Shown: positions 1 to 9,818, counted from the stretch's first letter. The stretch: DNA of 64,000 nucleotides from Niabella sp. (GCA_035434405.1 DAORWU010000013.1:22688-86687); one strand, 5' to 3'. The notes: generated by a model from the sequence alone, not told the origin. Numbers and translations: made by a program.

Positions 1-455
1 AAGGCAAGTTCAAAAATATGTAAGAGATAAACTCTTTCCTTATAGTCTGATAAATCGAATCCATAAGAAGCGGCAATTTCATAAAGCAGTTTCAATTTCA
101 ATGTAAGCAGAATTGGAAAATCGGCAAGGCCTAGAAAAAAACCACCTGCACCAGTCACACCACCTTCTATGGCTGCTGTACTTCGATAGAAGTTTATTTT
201 TTCTTTCACAATGGCTTCCCGCTCAAAAAGTCCAATCTGCAACAAGGGAGCCGATGTGGTGTACTTTGCGCCAAACAACACACCCCTGATCATTTGCTTG
301 ATAACAGTTGTAATCCCACGATGTACTTTCTCTGGAAAATAAGAATTGATTTTTGCCTGAGTTCGCTGTGACAGTCGACTGAAAATTCCAGGTCGCCTGA
401 GCATTTGCAATTGCCATTGCTTTAATTCATTTTCTGCAAAAAGTTCATAATTCAT
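1..455 (-). CDS. EcsC family protein (N-terminal ~151 aa; C-terminus lies beyond the window edge)
   Basis: I translated the minus strand from the ATG (rc of 453-455): MNYELFAENELKQWQLQMLRRPGIFSRLSQRTQAKINSYFPEKVHRGITTVIKQMIRGVLFGAKYTT...AAIEGGVTGAGGFFLGLADFPILLTLKLKLLYEIAASYGFDLSDYKERVYLLHIFELA. The frame stays open to base 1. The Gly-rich GGxxGxGG, ADFP and IAxxYGxD pattern is what I associate with the EcsC family. The gene is absent from the ORF track because it runs off the edge. Confidence 0.6.
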   Translation of the reverse strand, partial: MNYELFAENELKQWQLQMLRRPGIFSRLSQRTQAKINSYFPEKVHRGITTVIKQMIRGVLFGAKYTTSAPLLQIGLFEREAIVKEKINFYRSTAAIEGGVTGAGGFFLGLADFPILLTLKLKLLYEIAASYGFDLSDYKERVYLLHIFELA

Positions 456-500
456 GATACAATCTATTGCACAAAACTAAGCCAGTCATAGATACTGAAT

Positions 501-533
501 AAAAAAAACCAGTCAGTAGATTCTACTGACCGG
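501..533 (-). terminator. Rho-independent terminator after the SSF symporter gene
   Basis: 8-bp stem GTCAGTAG (512-519) / CTACTGAC (523-530) with a 3-nt loop. Read on the minus strand it is followed by T8 (rc of A-run 501-508). It lies 27 nt downstream of the symporter stop at 560. Confidence 0.75.
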
Positions 534-559
534 TAAATAAATATTCAATTGTTTTCTCC

Positions 560-2293
560 CTACCAGAATCTAACGTAAATAGCCGTTATCAGTAGCAAAG
601 TAATAATAATCAACATCAATGTTCTTGGATCTACCTTAAACATGCTGCTATCAATGGCAAATGCTTTTGGATTCACTTTTGGACCTGCCAAGCTTATACC
701 TACCATTGCAGCAACAGTAAATACAAACGACCATCCCATGTTGATGAGGAAAGGAATTTCGGTGATCGTATGCACCACACCACCTTCCAGTTTTTCATAA
801 GTGAATGCCGTGTAGAGCCAGGTTTCTTTACCAAATATTTCTACAGCATAGCTATTGAAGAAAATGGCCAATACAAATCCAAGTACTACACCCACCAAGG
901 CTGCTGTTCCGGTGGTTCGTTTCCAGAACATACCCAGAATAAACATGGCGAATACACCCGGGCTGATAAAGCCTGTATACTTTTGAATAAATGTAAACCC
1001 TCCTTCACCACCGATTCCTAATGCATCAGTCCAAGTAAAGGCCAAGGCAATCAGCATAGAAGCGATAATAGCCCAACGTCCTGTTCTTACCATTTGAATT
1101 TCGGTAGCATCGGACTTAATATATTTCTTATAAATGTCCAAGGTATATATAGTAGAAATACTGTTCACCTTACCAGCTAGAGAGGCAACGATAGCAGCGG
1201 TTAGTGCTGCCACAGCCAGTCCTTTTAAACCAACCGGAAGGAATCCTAGAATTGCCGAATACGCACCATCTTTCACACCATTGAAACCAGGCAACTGGCC
1301 TTTAGAATGTAATACATAAGCCGCAATACCTGGAAGCATGACGATAATGGGCATAAACAACTTCAAAAACCCTGCAAACAAAATACCTGTACGGGCAGTT
1401 TTTAAATCAGCACCCAAAGCACGTTGGGTGATGTATTGGTTACATCCCCAATAGTTCAAGTTCACAATCCACTGACCGGCAAAATACATAGCCAACCCTG
1501 GAAGAACCACATATTTTTGAACATCCAGATTTTCAGGCATTGATAAAGTGGTTGTGGTAACTTTTGGTTTATCCAGCATCAAATTAAAATGCCCTGGAGC
1601 TTCTGACATCAACGTCTTAAATCCTGCAATTGCACTACCTATTGCTGTCCCGTTGATCCGCTGATCAACGATTTGCAAAGCCATATAAACAGTAGCTAAA
1701 CCTCCAATAATCAAAACGGCTACCTGTATTACATCGGTATAGCCTATCACTTTCATACCACCCAATCCAATCAGCAAAGCCATCAGTAACAGGGTGATCA
1801 TCACTATATGTAAATAACCGCCACCCAGCAAAGTATCAATAGCCAAGGCGCCCAAATATAGAATAGACGTAAGATTCACAATCACATACAAAAACAACCA
1901 GAATATTGCCATGATCAAAGACACTGATTTATTATATCTGGTCTCCAAAAACTGCGGCATCGTATATATCTTATTCTTCAAATAAATAGGAATAAACCAA
2001 ACGGCAATTATGATCAGTGCTATCGCTGCAATCCATTCATAAGCTGCCACGGCCACACCTACAAAAAAGCCCTCACCACTCATTCCGATAAACTGTTCGG
2101 CAGATATGTTGGAGGCAATTAAAGAAGCCCCAATAGCCCACCAGGTCAATGAACCTTCGGCCAAAAAATAATCGTGCGAGGCAGAAACGGTAGTCTTCTT
2201 TTTACGTGCATACACCCAATACCCATAAGATGCAACCAGTATAAAATATGTAAAAAACACAATGTAATCGAGTGCTCCTAAATTATTACTCAT
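560..2293 (-). CDS. Sodium:solute symporter (SSF/SGLT-type sugar symporter)
   Basis: 577-aa polytopic membrane protein with an SSF-like N-terminus (YFLAEGSLTWWAIGASLIASNISAEQFIGMSGEGF). It is the last gene of the araB-araD-araA cluster, so a sugar substrate such as arabinose is plausible but unproven. Confidence 0.85.
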   Translation of the reverse strand: MSNNLGALDYIVFFTYFILVASYGYWVYARKKKTTVSASHDYFLAEGSLTWWAIGASLIASNISAEQFIGMSGEGFFVGVAVAAYEWIAAIALIIIAVWFIPIYLKNKIYTMPQFLETRYNKSVSLIMAIFWLFLYVIVNLTSILYLGALAIDTLLGGGYLHIVMITLLLMALLIGLGGMKVIGYTDVIQVAVLIIGGLATVYMALQIVDQRINGTAIGSAIAGFKTLMSEAPGHFNLMLDKPKVTTTTLSMPENLDVQKYVVLPGLAMYFAGQWIVNLNYWGCNQYITQRALGADLKTARTGILFAGFLKLFMPIIVMLPGIAAYVLHSKGQLPGFNGVKDGAYSAILGFLPVGLKGLAVAALTAAIVASLAGKVNSISTIYTLDIYKKYIKSDATEIQMVRTGRWAIIASMLIALAFTWTDALGIGGEGGFTFIQKYTGFISPGVFAMFILGMFWKRTTGTAALVGVVLGFVLAIFFNSYAVEIFGKETWLYTAFTYEKLEGGVVHTITEIPFLINMGWSFVFTVAAMVGISLAGPKVNPKAFAIDSSMFKVDPRTLMLIIITLLLITAIYVRFW

Positions 2294-2367
2294 TTTGACA
2301 GCAATTGAAATTGTTTAAAAAATTTCGCTAATATAGTTAATAAACTTAACGGAAAATATAATTTTTT

Positions 2368-3870
2368 TTATGATTTATTCAATTGATAATACACATCACT
2401 CCATCGAAGTTCATTCTTAAAATCATAAATTGTGGTGTCTTTATTTATCAAGGCAAACTCAATACCCGCCATATCCGCAAAGTCTTCCAAATGCTCTGCA
2501 GTCAGGTTTTGAGAATATCCGGTATGATGCGCCCCTCCAGCCAAAATCCAGGCTGCACATCCGGTATTCATGTCTGGCAACGGTTTCCACAACACTCTGG
2601 CCACAGGTAGTTTTGGTAAATCATTTTTTGGAGCCACTGCTTCCACTTCATTCACCAACAACCTAAACCGATTACCCATATCCACCATCGAGGCATTCAA
2701 CGCAGCTCCACCAGGCGCATTAAACACTAGGCGAACCGGATCTTCCTTGCCACCAATTCCTAAAGGATGCACTTCCACATTCGCTTTGCCCTGTGCAATA
2801 CTGGGACAAATCTCCAGCATGTGTGAGCCAAGAACCAATGAATTATTTGGATCGAAATGATAAGTATAATCTTCCATAAAGGAATTACCTCCGGGCAGTC
2901 CCGCTCCCATCACCTTCATGGCACGCACAAGAGCCGCCGTTTTCCAATCTCCCTCACCGGCAAAACCATAACCTGCCGCCATCATTCGTTGTGAACCAAT
3001 GCCTGGCAATTGTTTCATCCCATACAAGTCCTCAAAGGTATCACTGTAACCCTTGAAGTTTCCGGCTTCCAGAAAATGCTTCAAGCCCAATTCTATTCTA
3101 GCAGCATCCACCAGAGACTGATGTTTATCGCCTCCTTTTTCCATTCCCGGCATTATATTATATGTATCGAAATACTCTGCTATCAATGCCTCTACTTCCT
3201 GATCCGTTACTGCATCTATCACTTTCACTAGATCACCAATTCCATGAGTATTCACACTATATCCAAACCTCAGTTCTGCTTCCACTTTATCTCCATCTGT
3301 CACTGCCACATATCGCATATTATCACCAAAGCGAACAAATTTTGCGCCCTGCCAATCATGCCATCCGGCAGCAGCCCTTGTCCACACAGCAATTCGCTCT
3401 ATTGCATTGTCATCCTGCCAATGCCCTACTACCACTTTTCTGCGCAACTTCATTCGGCTTACCATAAACCCAAACTCCCTGTCGCCATGTGCCGACTGGT
3501 TGGTATTCATAAAGTCCATATCAATAGATCCCCATGGAATATCCCGGTTGTACTGTGTATGAAAATGCAACATGGGCTTATGCAAAATTTTCAACCCATT
3601 GATCCACATTTTAGCTGGCGAAAAAGTATGCATCCATGTAATGACCCCAATACAATTATTGCTATGATTGGCTTCTGCACAAAAATCATAAATCTCCTCG
3701 GTGGATTTTAGCGTGCCTTTATATACCACCGTTACCGGAATTTGAGCATGCGCATTAATATATGCTGCAATTTCTTTTGAATGAGTGGCCACATCTATTA
3801 GTGTTTGTTCGCCATACAGATTTTGGCTGCCTGTGGCAAACCATACTTCCAGTTTCTTTAAATCAATCAT
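2368..3870 (-). CDS. araA: L-arabinose isomerase
   Basis: 500 aa. The N-terminus [24 protein letters not shown] and the overall length are typical of AraA, and it is clustered with araD and araB. Confidence 0.93.
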   Translation of the reverse strand: MIDLKKLEVWFATGSQNLYGEQTLIDVATHSKEIAAYINAHAQIPVTVVYKGTLKSTEEIYDFCAEANHSNNCIGVITWMHTFSPAKMWINGLKILHKPMLHFHTQYNRDIPWGSIDMDFMNTNQSAHGDREFGFMVSRMKLRRKVVVGHWQDDNAIERIAVWTRAAAGWHDWQGAKFVRFGDNMRYVAVTDGDKVEAELRFGYSVNTHGIGDLVKVIDAVTDQEVEALIAEYFDTYNIMPGMEKGGDKHQSLVDAARIELGLKHFLEAGNFKGYSDTFEDLYGMKQLPGIGSQRMMAAGYGFAGEGDWKTAALVRAMKVMGAGLPGGNSFMEDYTYHFDPNNSLVLGSHMLEICPSIAQGKANVEVHPLGIGGKEDPVRLVFNAPGGAALNASMVDMGNRFRLLVNEVEAVAPKNDLPKLPVARVLWKPLPDMNTGCAAWILAGGAHHTGYSQNLTAEHLEDFADMAGIEFALINKDTTIYDFKNELRWSDVYYQLNKS

Positions 3871-4076
3871 AGCATTGTATTTTTAAATTTATATTTTTAT
3901 GTTCCAGGCAATAAATATTACTCAGCCAAATTGCGCTTGTGCGCCGTGACGTATCGCACTCTTCCACAGTCGTGCATTTCCCTACCAATTCATTGCGAAC
4001 AATTCTCCCTTTATACATCCAATTCAGTTCTACAATAAAAACTACAGACTTCAACAACAAATCATTTACCGGTTGT

Positions 4077-4772
4077 CTACTGTCCATAATAGCTATCAGG
4101 ACCGTGTTTTCTTTCAAAATGTTTATTGATTAAAGCATCTTTCAAGCGGGGAGCATTTGGATTGATTTGCTCCGTCAACACAGCCATTTTGGCTATCTGC
4201 TCCAGCACAGCACTATTATGTACTGCCTTTGCGGCATTCTTACCCCAGGTAAACGGGGCATGATTTCCTACCAAAACCATCTCCACTTCTTTATAATTCA
4301 GCCCTCTTTCCTTAAAACAATTTATTATTTGAAAACCAGTCTCATGTTCATAGTTTCCTTTAATCATTTCATCACTCATGGGTGGGGCACAGGGAATATC
4401 AGCCGTTGTATAGTCGGCATGTGTGGTACCAAAAATGGGAATATCTCTTTGCGATTGCGCCCATGCCGTCCCATAGGTAGAATGTGTATGTACTATACCA
4501 TTGATGCCCTCCCAATATTTATAAAGCACTGCATGGGTTTTGGTGTCGGATGAAGGATTCAAACTTCCTTCCACCGTGTGGCCATCAAAGTCCACAATCA
4601 CCATTTTTTCGGGAGAGAGTAGTTCATAAGCCACACCACTGGGCTTAATGGCAAACACTCCAGCCGCTCTGTCGGCTTCACTGGCATTTCCAAACGTAAA
4701 CAACACCAACCCCAATTGAGGCAGTTGCAGATTGGCCTCATAAGCCGCTTCGCGAATATATTTATAGTTCAT
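4077..4772 (-). CDS. araD: L-ribulose-5-phosphate 4-epimerase
   Basis: 231-aa class II aldolase/adducin-type protein with FGNASE...IKPSGV...VHTHS motifs. It sits between araB and araA. Confidence 0.9.
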   Translation of the reverse strand: MNYKYIREAAYEANLQLPQLGLVLFTFGNASEADRAAGVFAIKPSGVAYELLSPEKMVIVDFDGHTVEGSLNPSSDTKTHAVLYKYWEGINGIVHTHSTYGTAWAQSQRDIPIFGTTHADYTTADIPCAPPMSDEMIKGNYEHETGFQIINCFKERGLNYKEVEMVLVGNHAPFTWGKNAAKAVHNSAVLEQIAKMAVLTEQINPNAPRLKDALINKHFERKHGPDSYYGQ

Positions 4773-4810
4773 TTTTTAATTATTTCCAGGAAACAAAATC
4801 CAAAATATTG

Positions 4811-4848
4811 AATAATCAATATTCAATCTGCAATCAGCAATTTGTAAT
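4811..4848 (+). repeat. AT-rich CAAT-type intergenic module (AATAATCAATATTC ... CAATTTGTAAT)
   Basis: Located in the araB/araD spacer. AATAATCAATATTC (4811-4824) recurs exactly at 38988-39001. AATAATCAAT and CAATTTGTAAT recur on the opposite strand at 18683-18692 and 18669-18679. The sequence is low-complexity, so chance cannot be excluded. Confidence 0.3.
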
Positions 4849-4854
4849 CTTAAA

Positions 4855-6486
4855 TCAGCCAATAAACGCCCCCAATTCCAAATAACGATTCATGCGTTTG
4901 GCATAATACTCTATATGTTGTGGTTGTGGTAAATACTCCGCATCAAAACCCTGCCCCATTGCCTGCATCGCTTCGGCAACCGTAGGATAGATACCGGCCA
5001 CGGTGGCAGCAAACATGGCAGCACCAGTAGCACAAGTCTGTTCCGATTGATGGATTCTGATTGGCATATTCATCACATTAGTCATCACCTGCATGATATA
5101 AGGAGACTTACGAGCTACGCCCCCCACTCCTATCAGACCTCTCACTTCCACCCCCTCACTCACAAACCGATCCACTATTGCCTTTGCCCCAAAACAACTG
5201 GCTTCTACCAAAGCCTTAAATACAGCAGGAGCATCACTGCCCAAATCCAATCCGCTAATAGCACCTTTTACAGCCTGATTGGCATCTGGCGTACGCCGGC
5301 CATTCAGCCAGTCCACGGCCAATTCGTCTCCATCCTGCAATGGCAGGCGGGATGCAGCAGCAGAAAGTTCTGAAATTATTTTTGATTCAATTGCTTCTCT
5401 GCTTTCGGCATCATCCAAAAATTGTAAAGGCCAGGCTATCAATCTTTTGAACCAGGCATAAATATCACCAAAAGCACTTTGTCCGGCTTCCAACCCCATC
5501 ATTCCGGGAATGATGGATCCATTTACCTGACCACAAATTCCTTTAACCAATTTGTCACCTATTTCATCCACTGGTGCTACCAGCATATCGCAGGTAGAAG
5601 TACCCATCACCTTGCTCAAAAAATAAGGTTCAATCTGTCCACCCACAGCACCCATGTGTGCATCAAACGCTCCAATACCAATCACTACTTCGGTGCTTAA
5701 CCCCAATTTTTCTGCCCATTCGGCACACAAATAACCAGCAGGTTTATCGGCCGCAAAAGTTTCTTTTGGAAGTTTATTCGTAAATCCATCCAAGAATGGA
5801 TCTAGGGTTGCAAAAAAATCGTTGGGCGGAAAACCACCAAAAGCTTCAGCCCACAGTCCCTTATGTCCTGCCGCACACACACTGCGTTTCAGGTTGTTTA
5901 CATCCTGACCACCCGTCAGCAAAAAAGGAATCCAGTCACAGTGCTCCACCCAGCTTGCGGTAGCATTTCTTACCACTTCATCTTCTCTAAAAACGTGGAG
6001 CAGTTTGGCCCAAAACCATTCACTCGAATATATTCCTCCTACAAACTGTAAATAATTGGTTTCAAATTTTGTGGCATGTTGGTTGATTTCATCCGCTTCT
6101 TTTATAGATGTATGGTCTTTCCAAAGCACAAACATGGCATTTGGATTTTCCGCAAATTCTGGCTTAAGAGCAAGCGGTGTTCCTGTTTCATCTACTGCCA
6201 CAGGCGTGGACCCGGTGGTATCTACTGATATTCCCTTAATATTTTGAGCCACTGTAGCACCAGCCTTTTGAATACAATCTTTAATAGTTGTTTCAAGACC
6301 TTCTACATAATCTAGTGGATGCTGGCGAAAACGATTAGCACCTGCATCGCAATACAGGCCTTCCTTCCAGCGGGGATACGTAAACACAGAAGAGGCGACT
6401 TCTTCGCCAGTTACTGCATTAATGATCACGGATCTAACAGAATCCGATCCATAATCTACACCAATAACATATAAACTCTGAGCCAT
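4855..6486 (-). CDS. araB: Ribulokinase (FGGY family)
   Basis: 543-aa FGGY-kinase-like protein with N-terminus YVIGVDYGSDSVR. It is the first gene of the ara cluster. Confidence 0.9.
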   Translation of the reverse strand: MAQSLYVIGVDYGSDSVRSVIINAVTGEEVASSVFTYPRWKEGLYCDAGANRFRQHPLDYVEGLETTIKDCIQKAGATVAQNIKGISVDTTGSTPVAVDETGTPLALKPEFAENPNAMFVLWKDHTSIKEADEINQHATKFETNYLQFVGGIYSSEWFWAKLLHVFREDEVVRNATASWVEHCDWIPFLLTGGQDVNNLKRSVCAAGHKGLWAEAFGGFPPNDFFATLDPFLDGFTNKLPKETFAADKPAGYLCAEWAEKLGLSTEVVIGIGAFDAHMGAVGGQIEPYFLSKVMGTSTCDMLVAPVDEIGDKLVKGICGQVNGSIIPGMMGLEAGQSAFGDIYAWFKRLIAWPLQFLDDAESREAIESKIISELSAAASRLPLQDGDELAVDWLNGRRTPDANQAVKGAISGLDLGSDAPAVFKALVEASCFGAKAIVDRFVSEGVEVRGLIGVGGVARKSPYIMQVMTNVMNMPIRIHQSEQTCATGAAMFAATVAGIYPTVAEAMQAMGQGFDAEYLPQPQHIEYYAKRMNRYLELGAFIG

Positions 6487-6527
6487 GGCAGCAATTTTTA
6501 TAACGCAAAATAATAAAAAAATAGCAT

Positions 6528-6548
6528 TAATTGTTTATTGAACAATTA
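6528..6548. promoter_or_regulatory. Perfect 8-5-8 palindrome upstream of araB (candidate operator)
   Basis: TAATTGTT-tattg-AACAATTA, centred about 52 bp upstream of the araB ATG (6486). Confidence 0.3.
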
Positions 6549-6903
6549 TTTATTTTTCTATTTTAATTATTTCAGATTTTGGAGGTTTGCCAAATACCAA
6601 TCCCCTCACCCCTTTGAAGTGCTTATCTCCTTTTCAAAAGCAGAGTCAATCTGAGAAAAAATGCATGAGGGTAAGTGGGATACTTCTTTCGACTACTCCC
6701 CCCTGATCACCAAGACTAAACACCCTCTTTTCGGATGAATAATATTTTTGGTGATGATTTTTTTACAAAAAGACTACGGAATTCTACGACGGAAAACTGG
6801 TTGGATGCTCTATAATCTACAACTCAAGTGTGCGACCTTTTAACAAGTTCAAGGTAAACTGCCATTAAACTGATGCCATATAATCGGAACGATGAACCGA
6901 GCG

Positions 6904-6930
6904 TGGCAAGAAAGTTGCCATCTGTTTTTT
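6904..6930 (+). terminator. Orphan plus-strand intrinsic terminator-like hairpin
   Basis: TGGCAA-gaaag-TTGCCA, then tctg and T6 (6925-6930). There is no annotated plus-strand gene upstream; both flanking genes are on the minus strand. Confidence 0.4.
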
Positions 6931-6974
6931 GTTGAAACAATAAAAAATATCTTCTCCTCTTTTCGTGGGTTGAA

Positions 6975-7005
6975 AAAAGGCAAACTATAAAAAGTTTGTT
7001 TTACA
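6975..7005 (-). terminator. Weak terminator-like hairpin after rsmD
   Basis: The minus strand reads CAAAC-tttttata-GTTTG-cc-TTTTTT directly after the rsmD stop (7010). The stem is short (5 bp). Confidence 0.35.
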
Positions 7006-7009
7006 AAAC

Positions 7010-7546
7010 CTAATTTTTGAAAACAGAAAAAATGGTGGTGCCATAGTTTTTTTCAAAACTATATTTTTCAAACTGCTTGTAATCATTTCGAGGGGTGTGT
7101 TCCAGTACAAACAACCCATCGGGTGCGATCAGGTTCTGCCGGACAATGATTCGAGGTAGCTCATCTATTTCAGTAAGGGCATAGGGAGGCCCGGCAAAAA
7201 TAAAATCATACTGAAGTTGGTGGCCTGATAAAAACTTGAACACATCCATCTTCACAAACCTGATAGTTTCAATCTGCAGTGTAGTGGCTGTTTTTCTGAT
7301 AAAGTCAAACATTTGGGTATCCTTTTCCACTATAGTGAGATCACCGGCTCCACGACTGGCCAGTTCGTAGCTTATGCTCCCTGTGCCTCCAAACAAATCA
7401 AGGGTTTTGATACCATCAAAGCTCATCCGATGTTGAAGTGTATTAAACAGTCCTTCCTTTGCCAAATCAGTAGTTGGCCGGGTATAGGGCATTTTGGACG
7501 GTGGGTTAATTCTTCTTCCTCCTAAATTTCCTGAAATGATTCGCAT
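7010..7546 (-). CDS. rsmD: 16S rRNA (guanine966-N2)-methyltransferase RsmD
   Basis: MRIISGNLGGRRI...RPTTDLAKEGLFN...LDLFGGTGSISYE...FAGPPY motifs. I prefer the ATG at 7546; the track ORF starts at 7588, which would overlap the upstream gene more deeply. Confidence 0.85.
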   Translation of the reverse strand: MRIISGNLGGRRINPPSKMPYTRPTTDLAKEGLFNTLQHRMSFDGIKTLDLFGGTGSISYELASRGAGDLTIVEKDTQMFDFIRKTATTLQIETIRFVKMDVFKFLSGHQLQYDFIFAGPPYALTEIDELPRIIVRQNLIAPDGLFVLEHTPRNDYKQFEKYSFEKNYGTTIFSVFKN

Positions 7547-8355
7547 GACGTTATCTCGTTTAACAGGGTGAAATAATGTGCCGGACATCCTGTAATGCCA
7601 TCGTCCCAGTGTGTGGGTTTCAACTGAATATTTAAGAAATAGTCATAGATGGCTCTGTAAATTTTTGCATCGGTACTAAACAATCCGGATACTTCTACTA
7701 TCACTTCCTCCTGAGAAAGATGGTATGCTTCGCAAATCTTTAATAAATAAAAGACAATATCTATAGGAGTGTTAAAAGTGTAATTGCTGGCCAAAAGCAC
7801 TTGGTGATTCTGAAAAGCCACTATGGAGAAATGACGTTCAGCAATATCTAACCGAAGCAATCCATTGGGCAAATCTGCTGCTGCATGATCGATCATAACT
7901 GAATGACCGTGGATATAACCGGCAGATGGAAAATTTTGTACCAGCCAGTTCAACACAAAAAAAGGCACCGAATACAGATTGGCCATTTCCTTGTTTCTCA
8001 CATACTCCGTAATCAAATGATCCTGCTGATCTGTACTTTCTAAGAAAACAAGTGGAGTGGTATCTCCAATATTCAATTCCGCAGGCAATAAGGTACTAAA
8101 TGTAAAATCGGGTTGTATTGTAATTTTTTCAAAAGGGCTATCCAGAATTGGATTACTTTCTACAATTGCATTTAACAAGGAAGGCTCTATTGCGTTGAAA
8201 GTATAACGCTTCAATTGTAGTAATTGATTCCTTTCAATATGGCAAATGCTAAAACCGCAATAGTCTGATCCGATCTGAATGGCCAGATGACATTGGGATG
8301 AAATTACCTCTTCTTCTACGGAATACCCGAACTGTTCCTGAAATCCTTTTTTCAT
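7522..8355 (-). CDS. Conserved hypothetical protein (probably DUF3822 family)
   Basis: 277-aa ORF overlapping the rsmD start. From memory, DUF3822 proteins of this size sit next to rsmD in Bacteroidota. I recognise no catalytic motif. Confidence 0.55.
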   Translation of the reverse strand: MKKGFQEQFGYSVEEEVISSQCHLAIQIGSDYCGFSICHIERNQLLQLKRYTFNAIEPSLLNAIVESNPILDSPFEKITIQPDFTFSTLLPAELNIGDTTPLVFLESTDQQDHLITEYVRNKEMANLYSVPFFVLNWLVQNFPSAGYIHGHSVMIDHAAADLPNGLLRLDIAERHFSIVAFQNHQVLLASNYTFNTPIDIVFYLLKICEAYHLSQEEVIVEVSGLFSTDAKIYRAIYDYFLNIQLKPTHWDDGITGCPAHYFTLLNEITSCESFQEI

Positions 8356-8429
8356 TTTTTGATATAGGTGGCAAATATCCCATTAAATATTGAGAAACCT
8401 GAAAGGATAGCTCGATTATCTAGTCTGGG

Positions 8430-9818
8430 ATGTCGATATTTGCTTTCTTTTTTAAAATTGTCATGTCGAAAACAACCTCCCTAGTCGTTAATACCGATAC
8501 CCGTCAAATATTAAAAATAGCCACACCGATTGCCCTGGCACTCATGGTGCCTCAATTGAATTTTGTTGCTAATACGATATTTCTGAGCCACCTGGGAGAA
8601 ATTGAACTGGGAGCGGCTGGCATCACCGGGGTATATTATTTGATTTTTGCGCTGGTCGGTAATGGCCTGAACAGTGGCCTACAAGCACTTATTTCCAGAC
8701 GAGCCGGAGAAGGGAAACCTTCGGAGATAGGGCGACTGTTTATTCAGTCTATCTATTTTGCGCTGACCTTTTCCTGCATGGCTATTCTTCTGAACGAATG
8801 GGTGGTATCTGCTTTGCTAGGGAAAGTATTGAAAAGCGAAAATATATTAAACGGCGCAATTGGTTTTTTGAAAATAAGAATTTGGGGTATCCCTTTTCTA
8901 TATTTATTTCAAATGGGGAATGCACTATTGGTGGGTTCCAATAATAGTAAATATCTAAAATATGGTTTTGTGGTGCAAGCTGTGGTAAACATACTGCTGG
9001 ACTATGCCCTCATCTTTGGACATTTTGGATTTAAGGCCTACGGTTTTAACGGTGCTGCTTATGCATCAATAGCTGCTGAAGGCATTGGCATGATCATCGT
9101 TTTTGCTATTATCTATTTCAAAAATTTTGCGGAGCGTTTTTCTTTTGGCATGCATTGGGCTTTAGATTTTATCACTATTAGAATTGTTTTCAACCAGTCG
9201 CTGCCGTTGATGATGCAGTATTTTTTGAGTATTGGTGCCTGGTTGCTGTTTTACATTTTTATAGAACACAAAGGTGAACGAGAGCTGGCCATTAGCAATA
9301 CCATGAGAAATATATTTTCGGTATTTGGAATTTTTATATGGGCTTTTGCAAATACGGCCAATATGATGGTCAGTAATATTATTGGTCAGCAACGACAAGC
9401 TGAAGTGTTGAAACTGGTAAACAAAATTGCCCGGATGAGCTTTGTTACTATTGCTTTGCTTTGTCTTGTGCTTAATATTTTCCCTAGAACTATTTTAGGT
9501 ATATATGATGCTACACCCGATTTTATCACACTGGCTTTGCCTGTGGTGAGGGTAGTATCCATAAGCCTTGTGGTGAGTTCTGTGGCGGTGGTATGGCTTA
9601 ACAGCATAACCGGAACTGGCAACACCAGGGTGAATCTGTTGGTGGAACTGATCACTATTTTTCTCTATATTGTTTATATATACATAGTGGTAGAGCATCT
9701 GAGACTTTCCTTAGTTATAGCTTGGGCCAGCGAAATGCTTTACTGGACCAGTACTTTTATTCTGTCTTTTTTTTATATGCGAAGCAAGAAATGGATGAAC
9801 AAAAAAATCTGGGATTAA
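8430..9818 (+). CDS. MATE family efflux transporter
   Basis: About 12 predicted TM segments. ILKIATPIALALMVPQLNFVANTIFLSHLG is typical of a MATE N-terminus. An alternative ATG lies at 8463. Confidence 0.85.
   Translation: MSIFAFFFKIVMSKTTSLVVNTDTRQILKIATPIALALMVPQLNFVANTIFLSHLGEIELGAAGITGVYYLIFALVGNGLNSGLQALISRRAGEGKPSEIGRLFIQSIYFALTFSCMAILLNEWVVSALLGKVLKSENILNGAIGFLKIRIWGIPFLYLFQMGNALLVGSNNSKYLKYGFVVQAVVNILLDYALIFGHFGFKAYGFNGAAYASIAAEGIGMIIVFAIIYFKNFAERFSFGMHWALDFITIRIVFNQSLPLMMQYFLSIGAWLLFYIFIEHKGERELAISNTMRNIFSVFGIFIWAFANTANMMVSNIIGQQRQAEVLKLVNKIARMSFVTIALLCLVLNIFPRTILGIYDATPDFITLALPVVRVVSISLVVSSVAVVWLNSITGTGNTRVNLLVELITIFLYIVYIYIVVEHLRLSLVIAWASEMLYWTSTFILSFFYMRSKKWMNKKIWD

Noticed and set aside
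223-417. 64-aa minus-strand ORF from the track
   Set aside because: It is in a different frame from the much longer edge-truncated EcsC-like reading frame (1..455), which has a sensible start and family-like motifs. The 64-aa ORF is a frame shadow.
3244-3711. 155-aa plus-strand ORF antisense to araA
   Set aside because: It lies entirely inside a confidently identified gene on the other strand. Its His/Cys/Ser/Ile-rich composition is typical of antisense shadow ORFs.
6660-6700. GGGATACTTCTTTCGAC, superficially like a tmRNA 5' end (GGGG...TTCGAC)
   Set aside because: There is no matching 3' acceptor/T-arm (…GGTTCGAATCC…CCA-like) anywhere downstream. There is also no tag-peptide reading frame ending in ALAA-type codons and no pseudoknot-capable segments.
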